The translations under genes and the position numbers were made by a program. From Octopus sinensis (Eukaryota), in assembly GCF_006345805.1 (NCBI RefSeq), contig NC_042998.1, positions 184,574,001 to 184,638,000 of the forward strand: a stretch of DNA of 64,000 nt, in the 5' to 3' direction. The notes under the pieces are model-generated. The model was not told the origin of the DNA. It ran no database searches and saw only the letters and a list, made by a program, of their open reading frames with translations. Positions within the stretch are counted from its first letter, which is position 1. Each line of letters begins with the position of its first letter. Positions 26,573 through 40,260 of this stretch are shown here, in pieces.

Positions 26573-28036
26573 ATAAGCACATATACACAAATACTTATAC
26601 ACATATACTTATACACATACACGTACACACACACATATGTGTAGAACGTATATGATGGGTGTATATGCGGTGTATTTATATATACTTAGTCTGCACGTAC
26701 AAAGTCACACACGGTATAGAAGCAGCAACAACCTATCAACTAATTCACTTCACTTGCATATGTTTCAATTTATCAGAGCTAGTATATTTATGTGAGACAC
26801 TTTAATCTTGTCCTACTCTCTTCTTTCAGAAATTTGGAAACAGTAATCTCTCTCTATGAAGATTCACCATTACAAAGGAAAAAACATGAGAAATAGACAA
26901 AAAGTAGAAATAACAAAAAAGTAATAACAAAAACAAAAAAAAAAACAATAAAACCTTCTTCGGTATGCAAGATAATGCCAATAAAATACTACAACAGAAT
27001 ATAGTAGTAATCAATAAATCGATTAAAATAACTGTAAGTTCTCTTGGGCCTTGCGAAGAAATTGTGGAGAGATTATGTAGTCCTGGCGAAAATTATACAA
27101 TAAACTAATATCAGCTTTCATTTGGTGATATTAATATTTTTACTGAATTAAATTTACATATGTCCAAGTATCTCAAAGTTCCTCTAAAGAAATCAATCAA
27201 ACCGAACTCTAAATTATGAGATGAAGATTTCTTTATATAGTTTTACACTAAATGTTGCTGTTGTTGATTTTGTTATTGCTGCTGTTTTTGTTGAAGACCA
27301 AATCAGCTGTGATCAGACAGAACTGTTATCAAACATGTTTCAGTTGTGTCTATTCTTTTTATTTTTTCTTCTTTTTTATTTTTTAGACATAGTGTATATA
27401 GAACCACATTATCAATGTGCTCTGCATCTTATTTTAAACGGTTATGTTTGATATTAGTGAGGTTTGGTTGCTATTCGTTGGCTTGTTTGTGAAATTGAGT
27501 GATTCAATTTTAAACATATATACCTTATTATAAACATTTTCTGGAAACAGAAATACGTTCACCCTCAGATATATAAAGTGCTGATGGACTGGAAATTTGC
27601 TTTCACACTCTAGTTTAGAACTTATCTTCAGAAGGTCCTGGAAAATTTGGGATCCCATTTTATGTATCAAATTTAATCGTGTATAGATTGATTATAGGGG
27701 ATGATGCGACTGAGGAGTACATTTAACATAATTTTTGTGAAACATTTTGTTTGAGTTGACAAAACGTTTTTGACCTCAGAGATAATCATCATTGATGATT
27801 AATCCACAGATTAATTTTATCTTATGTGATAATTTCAGATTTATTAGATTATATCTTGGTCTTTCTATAAATAAGTTTTGTGCCTCTTCATATCCAAGTC
27901 AACAAAAGGAACATTACTTTTCTTTGAATCTTAATCCGAAGACATAGTTTTTTAGCGTGTAATGGTTTACTAAAACTGAACATGCATTCAATATTAAACT
28001 TTGGTTTTGATATATACACACACAACACACACACAC

Positions 28037-28107
<71 letters not shown>

Positions 28108-28161
28108 ATATAAATATATGTATATATATATATATATATATAATATATATATATATAATAT

Positions 28162-28225
<64 letters not shown>

Positions 28226-28235
28226 ACACACACAC

Positions 28236-28278
<43 letters not shown>

Positions 28279-30890
28279 GTATTCATAGCGTCTTGCCTTA
28301 AGATACTGGTTCTGCGTTGGAAATATTTGAAATTATATTTTATTTTTCTTTCAAATATATTTTCAGAAAGGTATGTCAATATTTTTTTTTATTCATTTGG
28401 TCGATACATTATAGGGGAAAAACTGAGGTTTGGTTTCCAGAATAATAATTTTCTGTGTCATTTATAGTTTTAATTCAAATATTGCTTTAGTTACGTTTAT
28501 GATTTTTAACATGTTTCCTTTTTAGTATTCAAAATAAAAAAATTGATAGATTTAGAGGCTCCCATTTCTATTTATGATTCGATTCTTTAAGTTCACCGGA
28601 TAACATTTTCGCTTGTATATTTGATATTTTTGTCTTATCTTACTTTTTCCTTTTGAGATTCGAAATATTGCTATATTTGTTTTTCCTTTTCTATTATATT
28701 TAAATGTAGAGATTTTGCATAATGAAATATCTTTTTTGCTAGACGCTTTCGCTTGTGTTTCGAATCTAATATAACTTCCGGTTGTTACTACACTGTTCTT
28801 ATAGCTGATGCATCAAAACGTTTTTAGCCCCCATTTTTTCTTTCATATCTTTTTCATTCCGTAGAAATATTTTTACTTTTCGAATGTATTCCATTCAGAT
28901 AAACCTGTTACCCATGCTGTAACTTGATTTGATTTGGTCTCATTTATTAATCCCTGTATGCTTTAATATTTCACAGACATCTAGCTTTCGTATTTTCGCA
29001 CTAATTTCATCACCAAAGTTACCTGATATGTCAATCATTCTCCCTAGAAAGTGATCGTATCACATTCATGAATACCAGGTGGCATGGAAAGAAGATAGTC
29101 GTTGTGAAGTCTCTCAACTTGATTAAAATTCTACAATAGTCTCACATATATATATGTGAGTGTGATATAAAGGTAAATATGTGTGAAAGAAAAAATATAT
29201 AATTTATTACGTAGAACATTATTATCGTACTAATTATCAACCTTATGATGACTTTTAGAGAAAAGATAGCAGGCCAAAGAAATTCGCTCATTTTGAATAA
29301 AGTTTTTCTGGAATATCATGTTTGCGATGTGGATTGCACTAGTTGATTTATCTTCATTGGCAATGAAACATACAATGAAAATTGTTCGATTATTTACATC
29401 GATCGAGAAATAAGATTGTATCTATAAGTAATACTTAAATGTTCTAAAATTCCTTATTTACAAAGAGCTAACTTCACATTTTATAGGAGTTAACTAAAAT
29501 TCCTCTGGTTCAAAGTCGATTTTGTATATTTATTTGTAAAACCTATTGCTTAATGTAATCAATATTGTATTTGTACGTAAGTCGGTGAGCTGGCAGAATC
29601 GTTAGTATGCCGGGAAAAATGCTTAGCGGCATTTCGTCCGTCTTTAACGTTCTGATTTCAAATACCGTCGGGGTTGACTTTGCCTTTCATTTTTTCAGAG
29701 TCGATAAAATGAGCACCAATTGAAGACTGAGGTTGATGTAATCGACTTAAACCCTTAACTGCTGGTCTTATGCAAAAAATAGAAACCAATATAGTATTTT
29801 GTGTATCCATTCGGATCCAACTTATTTTGCTGTTTGGTTCCGCATGAAATACATTCGAACTGTGGACATCTTGATGGAGGTGCTGTTTGAAAATTGCTTT
29901 CAAAAATTTTTATTGGATTACACTCTTAGGAATATAAATGAATACGAACTTCTCTGGGTGCATAATTCAAAAACTTCGGAATCTCTGTAGGTTATTCAGG
30001 CTATGAGCTCCTTCCCTTTTATCGTTTCTTTAGTTATGGAATATTCTATTTCCATGGTTTGGTTGTTTAGCTTATGGAAATTTATTTTGTTATTTTGGAT
30101 TGTTTTTATAGCTTTTTTGGTGGGAAAACCTCTTTACCCTTTGAGCTTTTTTAATTGTTATAAACCATTTCCTTTTATTTCTCCAACATAATGCTTTTCC
30201 TTAACGTTCTTTTATTTTTTGCTTTTGTATCATTCAACGTTTTTCTTTTTATTTATATCTTAACTTCATTTTTATAAATCATTACTATATCGTTTCTTCT
30301 TTGATTAATTTCTTTTTTTCCTTTTGTAATTTTTCTTCCCATGCTGTCTTATATAGTTTATCAACTTGTTTTGCCTTTTCATTGATTTCACTGTCAGCTT
30401 CTTCGGATATTGCTTGGGCTATTACATAATTTATGTGATTTATGTCATATTTATTCCATTTTTTGATATTACTTTCACTTTTACTGTATCACTTGTTATT
30501 TTAATAATATTTTCATTTTTATGTTGAATATTTTATCCGTTTGACTTGGTATGAATTTTATTTCTTCAGGGCCTATTTTATTATTTCTCACCATATCTTT
30601 GAGTTGATTCTAGTTACTGGCTCTTGTAGGTAATGATGCACGCTGTCATTACTATTAGAAGCTGTCGTCAGATTGTAAGATTTAACATTAATTGCACTGT
30701 AACATTTGTTATTGTGTGGCCTTATTTAGTTCTTACGTAACCAGTGATTAGTGTTTAAAGTGTCATGTCATTTAATATTTCTAACTATTCTCAGTCACAG
30801 TCACTATAATTTTGACAATCTTGTATTAAATTACTATTATTATTATTTACGTTAGCAGAAATGTTAGCATGCCGGACGAAATGCTTAGAG

Positions 30891-31270
30891 GGGCCCAGTT
30901 AGAATTTTCTTCAGGTCGAGTAGCCCATCTCGTTCAAAAGGTCCCTGAATAAGGGTTGTTTAAGGATGTTGAACGAAACACCCATATTTCCAGAGATGAA
31001 TAATCCAAATCCCAAAGAATTCCTCTCAACACATGTCTATGATTCTCCCAAACTACTTCTGCTCGTGATCAGAGATGCACATATTGTCAGCCACTAAGGG
31101 GCATGCTCATCTGGTTATAGTCAAACAACCAACAACAAATTAGTGGTATTGAGCAGAATATTTGCTGTAGCCCATCTTTTATACTAAGACAAAACAATGT
31201 ACATGATAACGCTTCCAATCAGTTAAGATCAGAAGCCATGAGAGCCATTGCCTGGTACTGCATCAGGGTA
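30891..31270. mobile_element. Unclassified interspersed repeat ending at an (ATT)n tract
   Basis: Recognised from memory as a recurrent octopus repeat (gctcgtgatcagagatgcacat...ttccaatcagttaagatcagaagccatgagagcc). Single copy in this window and not verifiable here. Confidence 0.35.
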
Positions 31271-31277
31271 TTTATTA

Positions 31278-31362
<85 letters not shown>

Positions 31363-31766
31363 TATTTCACTGCAATCGCTGACACATACCTTTATCTGAG
31401 ATTTTAGCTTCCAGGTTCTGAGCTTAACATCACCACAATGGTCAGCTGTACCTTTCATTGCTCTAGTGATAAGGAGGATCATTAAATCACTGAATTGTTC
31501 GTACTCAACAAGAGCTGGTGTAGAATATAACCAGAAGGTTAGTGATAGAATCGGTAGTACTCTAAACTCAGTGTTCTCCGTTGTAAGTTTGCAGTTTTGT
31601 ATCTTTATTCGTTTAAATCTCTTTGGAAGACATATTTGTCTTACGTATATCCGGGATCGATGAATTCAGAACCAGTCATTATCTGAGGTCCGTTTATTTC
31701 ATAGGGTATACACTTATTCTTCCCCTTAAATGTTTTTTGGTTTGTGACCGTGCACAAGAACGCACC

Positions 31767-31767
<1 letters not shown>

Positions 31768-31797
<30 letters not shown>

Positions 31798-31995
31798 CTT
31801 CTCTTTCTTCTTCTTCTTCTTCTTCTTCTTCTTCTTCTTCTTCTCCCTCCCCCTCCCCCTCTTCCCCTCCTCCCCCTCTTCTATCATCATCATCGTCGCA
31901 GTCGTCGTCGCCACCGTCGTCGTCGCCACCGTCGTCGTCGCCACCGTCGTCGTCGCCACCGTCGTCGTCGCCACCGTCGTCGTCGCCACCGTCGT
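31768..31995. repeat. (TTC)n followed by a 15-bp minisatellite (GTCGTCGTCGCCACC) x6
   Basis: Six exact 15-mers at 31901-31990. Confidence 0.9.
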
Positions 31996-32532
31996 CATCA
32001 CCACAGTCACCTTCGACACGAAGTGTTACCGAGCAACTGAGGATAACATAACATTTCTCTTGCCATTCACAAAGATTTCAGGAAAGTTATCAATGGGAGT
32101 AAAAAAAAAAGAGCCCCCCAAAACAAACAAATAAAAATAAATAAATAAAATAAATAAATAAATAAAAAAGTTGTGATTGTAATAAATGGACAAAAGCAAC
32201 CACCTCGCTTCTCAGCATTTCTCGGTCGTCGACATTTTGGAATGATTTCTCTACCCTCACACGTTATATCTATTTATTTATTTTTAATCTTCGTTCGGTA
32301 CTGTCCGTACTAAACACACACCACACACACACACACACAAACACACACACATAAATACACACACACAAGACACACACACACACACACAAATACACACACA
32401 CACACACACACACACAAATACACAGACACACAAACACAGACACACATGCACACGCCACCCACTTGTACATATACGCAAACCTAGACACACATACCCCGAC
32501 ACGCGCACCCATATATATCTATATATATATAT

Positions 32533-32565
<33 letters not shown>

Positions 32566-33328
32566 TATATATATACTAGATATTATTATATATATGTATA
32601 TATATATAATATATAGGTATATATATATATATGATATATAATATAGATATATATATTATATATATATATATTATATAATATATATATATATATATATAGA
32701 GATATTGTATATATATATATTATATATATAACATACACTCATTTTTTAATTCGACACTTTTTTCTCTTCCTTTCCTCCTTTTATCGTCTTTGCTCTCTCC
32801 TCCTTCTCTCTCTCTCTCTTCTCTGTTTCCCGAGCACTTTACTGTGTTGTTATTGTTTTTTATATATATTTAACCTTCCGTCACGAACGACGACCACCGA
32901 ACTGAACTACCCAAATACAACCTCTTCTTTCATTGAAGCCAGGTTGTTATTAAGCAATCCACTTGTAAACTAAATTGTTTGTTTAATCGGCACATCGAAC
33001 TGAGATGAAAGAACGCCTACCACCTTGATCGTCGGACTTGCACGTACAACCACAATTATACGAACTCGCTTACGGGCTTGCATACGCTTGCATACACATA
33101 TACACACATACACTCAAACGAAAAGAGAAAAAAAAAAAACACAAACACACCTGTCTGAATTTTTAAGGAGTGTGAAGAAGGTGTGACGTTTATCTATCTA
33201 CCTGTTTGTCTTTATGTCTCTCAAACAACTTATGAATCAAAACCATTCAACCAACACTTTATGTATCTTCCTATGCATACAGATATACGCATTCAATCAC
33301 ACAGGAACTCATATACATAGAATTTTTT

Positions 33329-33372
<44 letters not shown>

Positions 33373-33718
33373 ATATCTACTATCTATCTATCTATCTACT
33401 ATCATATATCATCTATCTATCTGTATGTCCGTTATATTACTATACTTTTACAAGAAAGACGTGACAACAGCTTTATGTATATATATATATATAATATATA
33501 ATATATATATATATATATATACTATATATATATATAAGCACATATATATATATATATGTTTATGTATGTGTGTATATATATGTATATATATATATATATA
33601 TATAATATATATATATGTTAGTATATTTGTATATATGTATATATATGTTATACATATATGCATATATGTATGCACACGCACAAAACACACACCCACACAC
33701 AACACACAGACACACACC

Positions 33719-33766
<48 letters not shown>

Positions 33767-34073
33767 GACACATATCTGCATACACATACACACACATGCA
33801 CTTGCAACTGCGTATTAATTGAGCCGAAAATAAGTTTTAATCAATTGTACTTACGACTGCAATGAGAAGAAAGTTCTTTAGCGTTCATGAATATCCATTT
33901 CAAACAAAGTGAACACAGGATATATTAACCACTGAGAAATGAAATAGATATATGCATGCATGTGTGTGCGTGCGCGTGCCATGTGTATGCATATATATAT
34001 ACATGTATGTGGGTATACATGTATATAAGTATATGTGTGCGTGTATAACATATGTATATGTATGTCTACATGA

Positions 34074-34105
<32 letters not shown>

Positions 34106-34109
34106 GATC

Positions 34110-34140
<31 letters not shown>

Positions 34141-34197
34141 TACATACGCATACACATATATGGATGGGTAGATGGGTACTTATATATATAATAAGTG

Positions 34198-34447
34198 TGG
34201 AGGCACGTGGCTTAGTGGTTAGGGTGTCAGCATCATGATCGTAAGATTGTGGTTTCGATTTGGACCGGGCGACGCGTTGTGTTCTTGAGCAAAACACTTC
34301 ATTTCACGTTGCTCCAGTCCACTCAGCTGGCAAAAATGAGTAACTCTGCGATGGACTGGCGTCCTGTTCAGCAGGGGAACACATACGTTATAGAAACCGG
34401 GAAACAGGGCCCATGAGCCTGGTTAGGCTTTAAAAGGGCGCATTTAT
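34198..34447 (+). mobile_element. tRNA-headed SINE, family C
   Basis: A-box-like tggcttagtgg, B-box-like ggtttcgatt, and core ttcttgagcaaaacacttcatttcacgttgctccag. Related heads occur at about 5612-5800 (+), 22468-22670 (+) and 52842-53140 (+, different tail). Confidence 0.8.
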
Positions 34448-35541
34448 TTATTTTTTTATATATATAAGTATATGTGATACATATACATACATGTATACAA
34501 ATATGGATGATAATCTCTATACACATTTACTTATATGCATGCATATATACATGATAGATAGCCTGGATTTCGTTAGAGGGCAGGCCAGTGAATATGTCTA
34601 AGAAGGAATGAAGAGAAGTAAATAGAAGAACATTGATCCAAATTTATCTGGCAGAGGGGTTCTTACATCAGTGAGGAGGGTCGGTGCGCAATAAAACAGT
34701 CGAACGGAGACCCAGAGACGGACAGCGTGTATTCTCTTCTAGATGACCCCATAATCTTCTGGTATTCAGTATGTGGAACCATTAACTAATAAGTTTTGTA
34801 CATGCAGAAGCACGTCTCTTTCAGCCTGAAAGAGATGGGCTTCTGTTAGAGGCCCACGAATCTTTAAGTCGCACGGAACATGATCAAACTGTTTTAAATA
34901 ATATATTCTTTATTTTTTTTTACTTGTTTCAGTAATTTGACTGCGGCCATGCTGGAGCACCACCTTAAAAGGTTTTACCGAAAGAAATCGATTCCAGGAC
35001 TTATACTTTGTAACTCTAGTACATATTCTATCGATTCTTTTGTTGAATGTAATAAAAGTTGACGATTTTTAAAAATCTTTTATTCATTTTGCAAACAAAT
35101 AATACAATATTACACCAGCATTTTATAAGCATTTTCTAAGTATTTTATAAGGTTACTTTCTTTTCTGGAAGCCTGCTGCGTACCGGCGGCTGATGGCTAG
35201 CGGAGCGGCACCTGTCCGCGGACACCACTTGGAGTAGCACTTGTCTAAAATACACAAAGAAAATTGTATATTGGACTGAGCTGAGTTAGTCCACTAACCA
35301 TGGCGGCCAGAGCATTTCACTTCATCGTCTCAGATTGTAGAGAATTTACTCAAGACTAACACTCCACCAATCTAGGTAGATTTCTTTCCATACGTAAGTG
35401 AGCACACGTGCATATGTCCGTATATACATATATGTACACATAAATATATGTATATATACATCTTGTATGGTTGTATAAATGTAAGTATGCTTATATTTAT
35501 GCATGTACACACATACGCATAGATACAAAAACACACACATT

Positions 35542-35573
<32 letters not shown>

Positions 35574-37692
35574 AATAGTTGTATTCATGTATATATATAT
35601 ATATATGAGTGCGTGTGTATCTGTTTGTATGCACACACACACACACACACATATACACATATGTACATACAAATATATTTACATATATGCATAGGGAACT
35701 AATTCACCCCGGTGGCTGCAGTTGTTGACCCAGAGATTAATGTGATTGAAGAGAGGAGGGCTGGATAGAAGATCAAGCACCTGCGTACTTCTCAACACAG
35801 AAAGCTACTCAAGTGCTTCAGCGTCGTCTAGTTGTAGAAGCTACGTAGATACAATTGCCTCCGAATATCTATTTCTGCGTACACTTTACTATCTTTCCTC
35901 ATCTCTGGCCATCATATTTAGTCACTAGACGACGAGGAAGCCAGTAGGTGACCGTTCAATTTGCAGGAGACGGCAGTCAAGTAACCCTTAAATGAAGTTC
36001 TATTTTCTTAAGAATAGAATGGCACCGTAGATAATTTAATACCAGATATAACGTGTGAGATAAAAGAAAGATAGGATGTTAGCGACTGGGATGCCTTTGG
36101 TTATAGTTCTACTCGATCAAGGCTAAACTAGAGCTAAACGATGACAACAACGACAACAACGACAACAACAATAAGACACGCATATTAAGTGTTTCTGCTT
36201 CATAATATTCACCCACTTTTGTTTGATTGATTATTAAACTACGGGGTTTCAATTTTTCTATCGCCCTAGCCTTCAGAAATGTTAGGAGATCTAACTTCAT
36301 TTTGTAATCAATAATTTCTAGGAAATTTTTTTTTTTAATTGAAGAAACAAATATTCTAAGGAACCCTAAATAAAAAATAAAATCTAGCTGTTTTATCAAA
36401 CCATAACTATTTTCTGATTCCAAATGTATAGTTGAAGGGCCAGTGTATATATATCAGCTAGTTGTGCAGGTGTTGGCAGTGGAAATGAATACAAAAGCTC
36501 CGCTTCTTTTATTATATCTAACGCTATACATACATGCATGCATACACACATACATACATACACATACACATGCACACACACACACACACACACATACACA
36601 CACACACATATATATATACATACATGCGTGGTAAATACTACGACGATTTTGGATGTGATCCCTTCTCTGTAGTTCCTGATCTGTTTTTAAACATAATAGA
36701 AGATAACCTGAACCCTATAACTTTACGTGAATTTACTAATGTAGAGTATTGTTAATTAAGCTACTAAGATGTACAAGTTAAATATTCTCGCCTAATGCAT
36801 AACCTTAATATAACAAATTTCTTTGTGTGGTTTAACATTGTATATAGGACTGTATTAATTTAAACTTGTGTTATAGTTTTGCTTAACGAAATAAAGTAGA
36901 AATTGTACACAATAAAATGTGTCTTACCTGTTTAAATATCCTGATTTGATTTAATGAGGATGTTTATCATTACATTGTCGATAATATCTGATTTGTTCAA
37001 CCGATCTTATTTATGAGAAAAATAATAATTATGCTCAATTATTGAACGACAAGTTTAATGCATGAACATCGAGGAATAGAACGGCAAGTTTATCAATTAG
37101 TTTACGACAAAAATGATGCAAATCTGCCCATTTATGGTTGCCATTCGATTTGATTATTGTAATTTGCCTAATTTGAAGTATATTGGATTTTGGAAGTGTT
37201 CCGAATATTGAGCCTTCATAAGCACCAAGTCGTATATAAAAGTTGGAAGCAGTGTTGTACTACTGTAAATCTATAGCGGATTCCTTAAAGTGCGGGAACC
37301 GTGGTATATGCTACTCTTTCTATCAGGTCAACCTGGCAAGAATGAGGACAAAGACTGAGATTGCACAAACGAGGAAGAATTAAAGACAACAGCTTGAAAG
37401 TTTTATCCCGTGGTGCTTTGTCTTAGGCTCAAACATACAAATACGACTGGCGCCTGCTGTCAGGGATCCAGGAAATGTAACTCGCGACGGTCCGTTCCAT
37501 GCTGTTGTTGTTTAGTATCATAGGTCGAGATTCATTGCACAAGCATTCCCTATCACGACTGCTATCAGAAATTTTCTGCGAATTCTTCGAACACTATTAT
37601 CAGTCTTCCCAAAATACTAACCAACAATCATATAAGTCTATTTCAAAAATAATTCAATGGCCTGATATGCACATGAAATGTCCCAAGGTAAG

Positions 37693-37729
<37 letters not shown>

Positions 37730-38871
37730 TGCGTGCATTGAGCATATAAATGTATGTATATATGTACGTACGTACTCATGTACGTATGTATGTACGTATG
37801 TATGTATGTATGTATGTATGTATGTATGTATGAATTTACACACACACACAATTTATAAACATGTCTATATGTGTAAGATGTACATATAATAGAAATATGA
37901 CACTGTTATCCAGGAGAAAACTGTAGCAGGGTAGAAACCAATAAATTTCAAACAATTATACGAGACCCGACTTAAGTAATATTGCGCAATCTAGAAATCG
38001 AAACCGCATTGCAAACACAGATTTGCGGAAGCTTCCCATCACTCTACAACACTTATACAGTTCTGCGTGTAAGGAAGTAAAGTTGGAGAAGAATGGTATT
38101 CGAAAATGAACAGACTAAAATAGTTTCGGAAGCCGTTTCGTTTTCCGGTTGTTACCGTGTCATTACATTCCACTGCATTTCATTAGATTTCGTTGGATTT
38201 CACCATTCCACGTCTGAAAAATCACCTGAATGGCACACACTGAAAATATGTGGGTGTGTCCATGTATAAGAAATCAATAATATATTTGTAGGTATTTTCC
38301 CTTATCTTTGGAGGAAATCACTATACATGGAATTTCATAAATACATGAATTTTCTGACTGCTTTCCCATAAATATAAATAGAATCCTCATCCCCTCCCCC
38401 ATGGACAGAAAATTGTTATAGAAATAAAGACAGGGTTATATTAACGAAAGAATCAATATATTGCAAGCCGAAGAAATCGATTTGTTTCACTGTTATGTGA
38501 TCGGTTATGTGATTTAGCCTGGCAGACTTGAAGCACTATTCAGGTAAAATATGTTTGATAACAACAGACATAATTGAAATCAGACTTTTAGATTAAACAT
38601 TTACACACATGCAGCAGTTGTTTAGGAAGACTCAAACATTCACATGCATTCTTTGTTGATGCACGAAACTAGTAACGCAGAACATCTATTCTTTAGTAAC
38701 AATATAGTGTATTTCAAATCTGGGATCGTCTGGATATTAAGCAGCGCATAGATAGACAAAGAATTGCTGTCCTCTGGCAAATGAAATATCTCAAAAATGG
38801 TAAATGTTCAGAGTAGCTAGAACTAGAAAGCATATAGTTTGAAAAGATTCATCACAAAAGTAATACTAAAA

Positions 38872-38888
38872 CAACAGCAACAACAACA

Positions 38889-38935
<47 letters not shown>

Positions 38936-38952
38936 ACTTACTACAACTACTA

Positions 38953-39022
<70 letters not shown>

Positions 39023-39103
39023 AACCACCACCACAAGCACCACCAGCACCACCAGCACCACCAGCACCACCAGCACCACCAGCACCAGCACCACCACCAC
39101 CAC

Positions 39104-39158
<55 letters not shown>
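38872..39158. repeat. Compound trinucleotide tract (CAA/CTA/CTG/CCA and 9-bp CCAGCACCA)
   Basis: Directly visible. It explains the poly-L/P/T ORFs. Confidence 0.9.
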
Positions 39159-39622
39159 GAACGAAAATTGCAAAATCCTATGGGATGCGCCCACCAGATC
39201 AGACGTCGGAAACCAGACATTGTTGTAGTGAGCAAAAAAGAGAAAAAAAACCATGCATGATGATCGACATAGCATGTCCCGGTGACAACAGGATCGAAGA
39301 GAAAGAAGAATAAAACATGAACAACTATGATGAATTGAAGTGGGATACATGCAGGTTGTGGGCAGTGAAGAGAGTGGACATGATACCAATGGTAATTGCC
39401 GTTGCTTGGAAGTATCAGCACTCAACTGCCGACATGGCTAAAAAGGATTGGTACAAATGTAAAGGTAGAACACATACAAAAATCATCATTGCTTGTAACT
39501 GCAAGAATTCTCTGCAGGGTTCTTGAAGCATGATCGGTAAACAAGTGTCACCTTAGTCTGCTGGCTGTGGACAGCTGACACTTTCCATCATATCCAGCAA
39601 ATAAAACTGAGAGTTTTCATCA
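39159..39622 (+). mobile_element. 5'-truncated R4/Dong-like non-LTR retrotransposon 3' end with restriction-like endonuclease
   Basis: Frameshifted ENCKILWD/RKPDIVVVSKKEKK/CMMIDIACPGDNRIEEKEE/NNYDELKWDTCRLWAVKRVDMIPMVI/LGSISTQLPTWLKRIG...HIQKSSLLVTARILCRVLEA* contains the PD-(D/E)xK RLE motif. Stop at 39531-39533, followed by a short 3' UTR and (AAT)n. Confidence 0.85.
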
Positions 39623-39835
39623 AATAATAATATAATATAATAATCCTAATAATAATAATAATAATATAATAATAATACAACAACAACATAATCATAATAA
39701 TAATAATAATAATAATAAAATAATAATAATAATAATGAGAATAATAATAATAATAATGATAATAATAATAAAATCATAATAATAATAATAATAATATTAT
39801 AATAATAATAATTATTATGATGATGATGATAATGA
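39622..39835. repeat. (AAT)n tract immediately 3' of the R4/Dong-like element
   Basis: Directly visible. Similar (ATT)n tracts lie at 20928-21086, 11607-11700 and 31272-31365. Confidence 0.9.
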
Positions 39836-40070
39836 TGGCTTCAAAATTTGGCACAAGGCCAGCAATTACGGAGGGCGGAATTAGTCGAGTACATCGATCT
39901 CGTACTTGACGGTGCTTCCGTGATCGACCACGATCACGAAAGGATGAGTGCAAAGCTGAGCTGCAAGACAGTCACAAGAGCTGAATGCAAAATATTAATC
40001 ACCAAAGTAAAAGAGCAAACCCCCCCCCAAATCAGACAGACAAATACAGAAACAAAGACGAAAATCTTAC

Positions 40071-40260
40071 TTGTCATAGTCGACTTTGCAGTATAGTTTT
40101 CGGTCTCGACAGAAACAAGACACAGATAGAGGTATATGGCACATTGAACACTGTAAACAATGCTCATGCCAAGAGTTTTCCATCACCTTCAGGAGAAAAC
40201 GATCCTCGATAGGACGGTGGCATCCTGCACACATTTCCTTAGCAGCAGAGGGCATCCTTT
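40071..40260 (-). CDS. Lmx1: Internal coding exon of an Lmx1-class LIM-homeobox transcription factor, encoding LIM domain 1
   Basis: Translation (x)[63 protein letters not shown] has full LIM spacing (C-x2-C...H-x2-C-x2-C-x2-C...C-x2-D). SWHE, SC and RDRKLYCK are characteristic of Lmx1 rather than Lhx1/3. Acceptor is ttttttaacAG (AG at 40261-40262) and donor is GTaag (40066-40070). Phase 1 in and phase 2 out, as I recall for vertebrate LMX1B exon 2. Confidence 0.93.

Noticed and set aside
27700-27760. CUGAGGA...GAAAC-AUUUU-GUU
   Set aside because: Stems I and II do not pair convincingly.
28860-29050. Minus-strand fragment GDEISAKIRK resembling an RTE reverse-transcriptase C-terminal region
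   Set aside because: Too short and too interrupted to support a call without a database search.
34205-34275. tRNA-like sequences at SINE heads
   Set aside because: A/B boxes are present, but there is no complete cloverleaf and they continue into SINE bodies, so they are not tRNA genes.
36921-36935. Strong minus-strand donor CAG|GTAAGA
   Set aside because: All three frames upstream of it contain stops, so no coding exon is supported.
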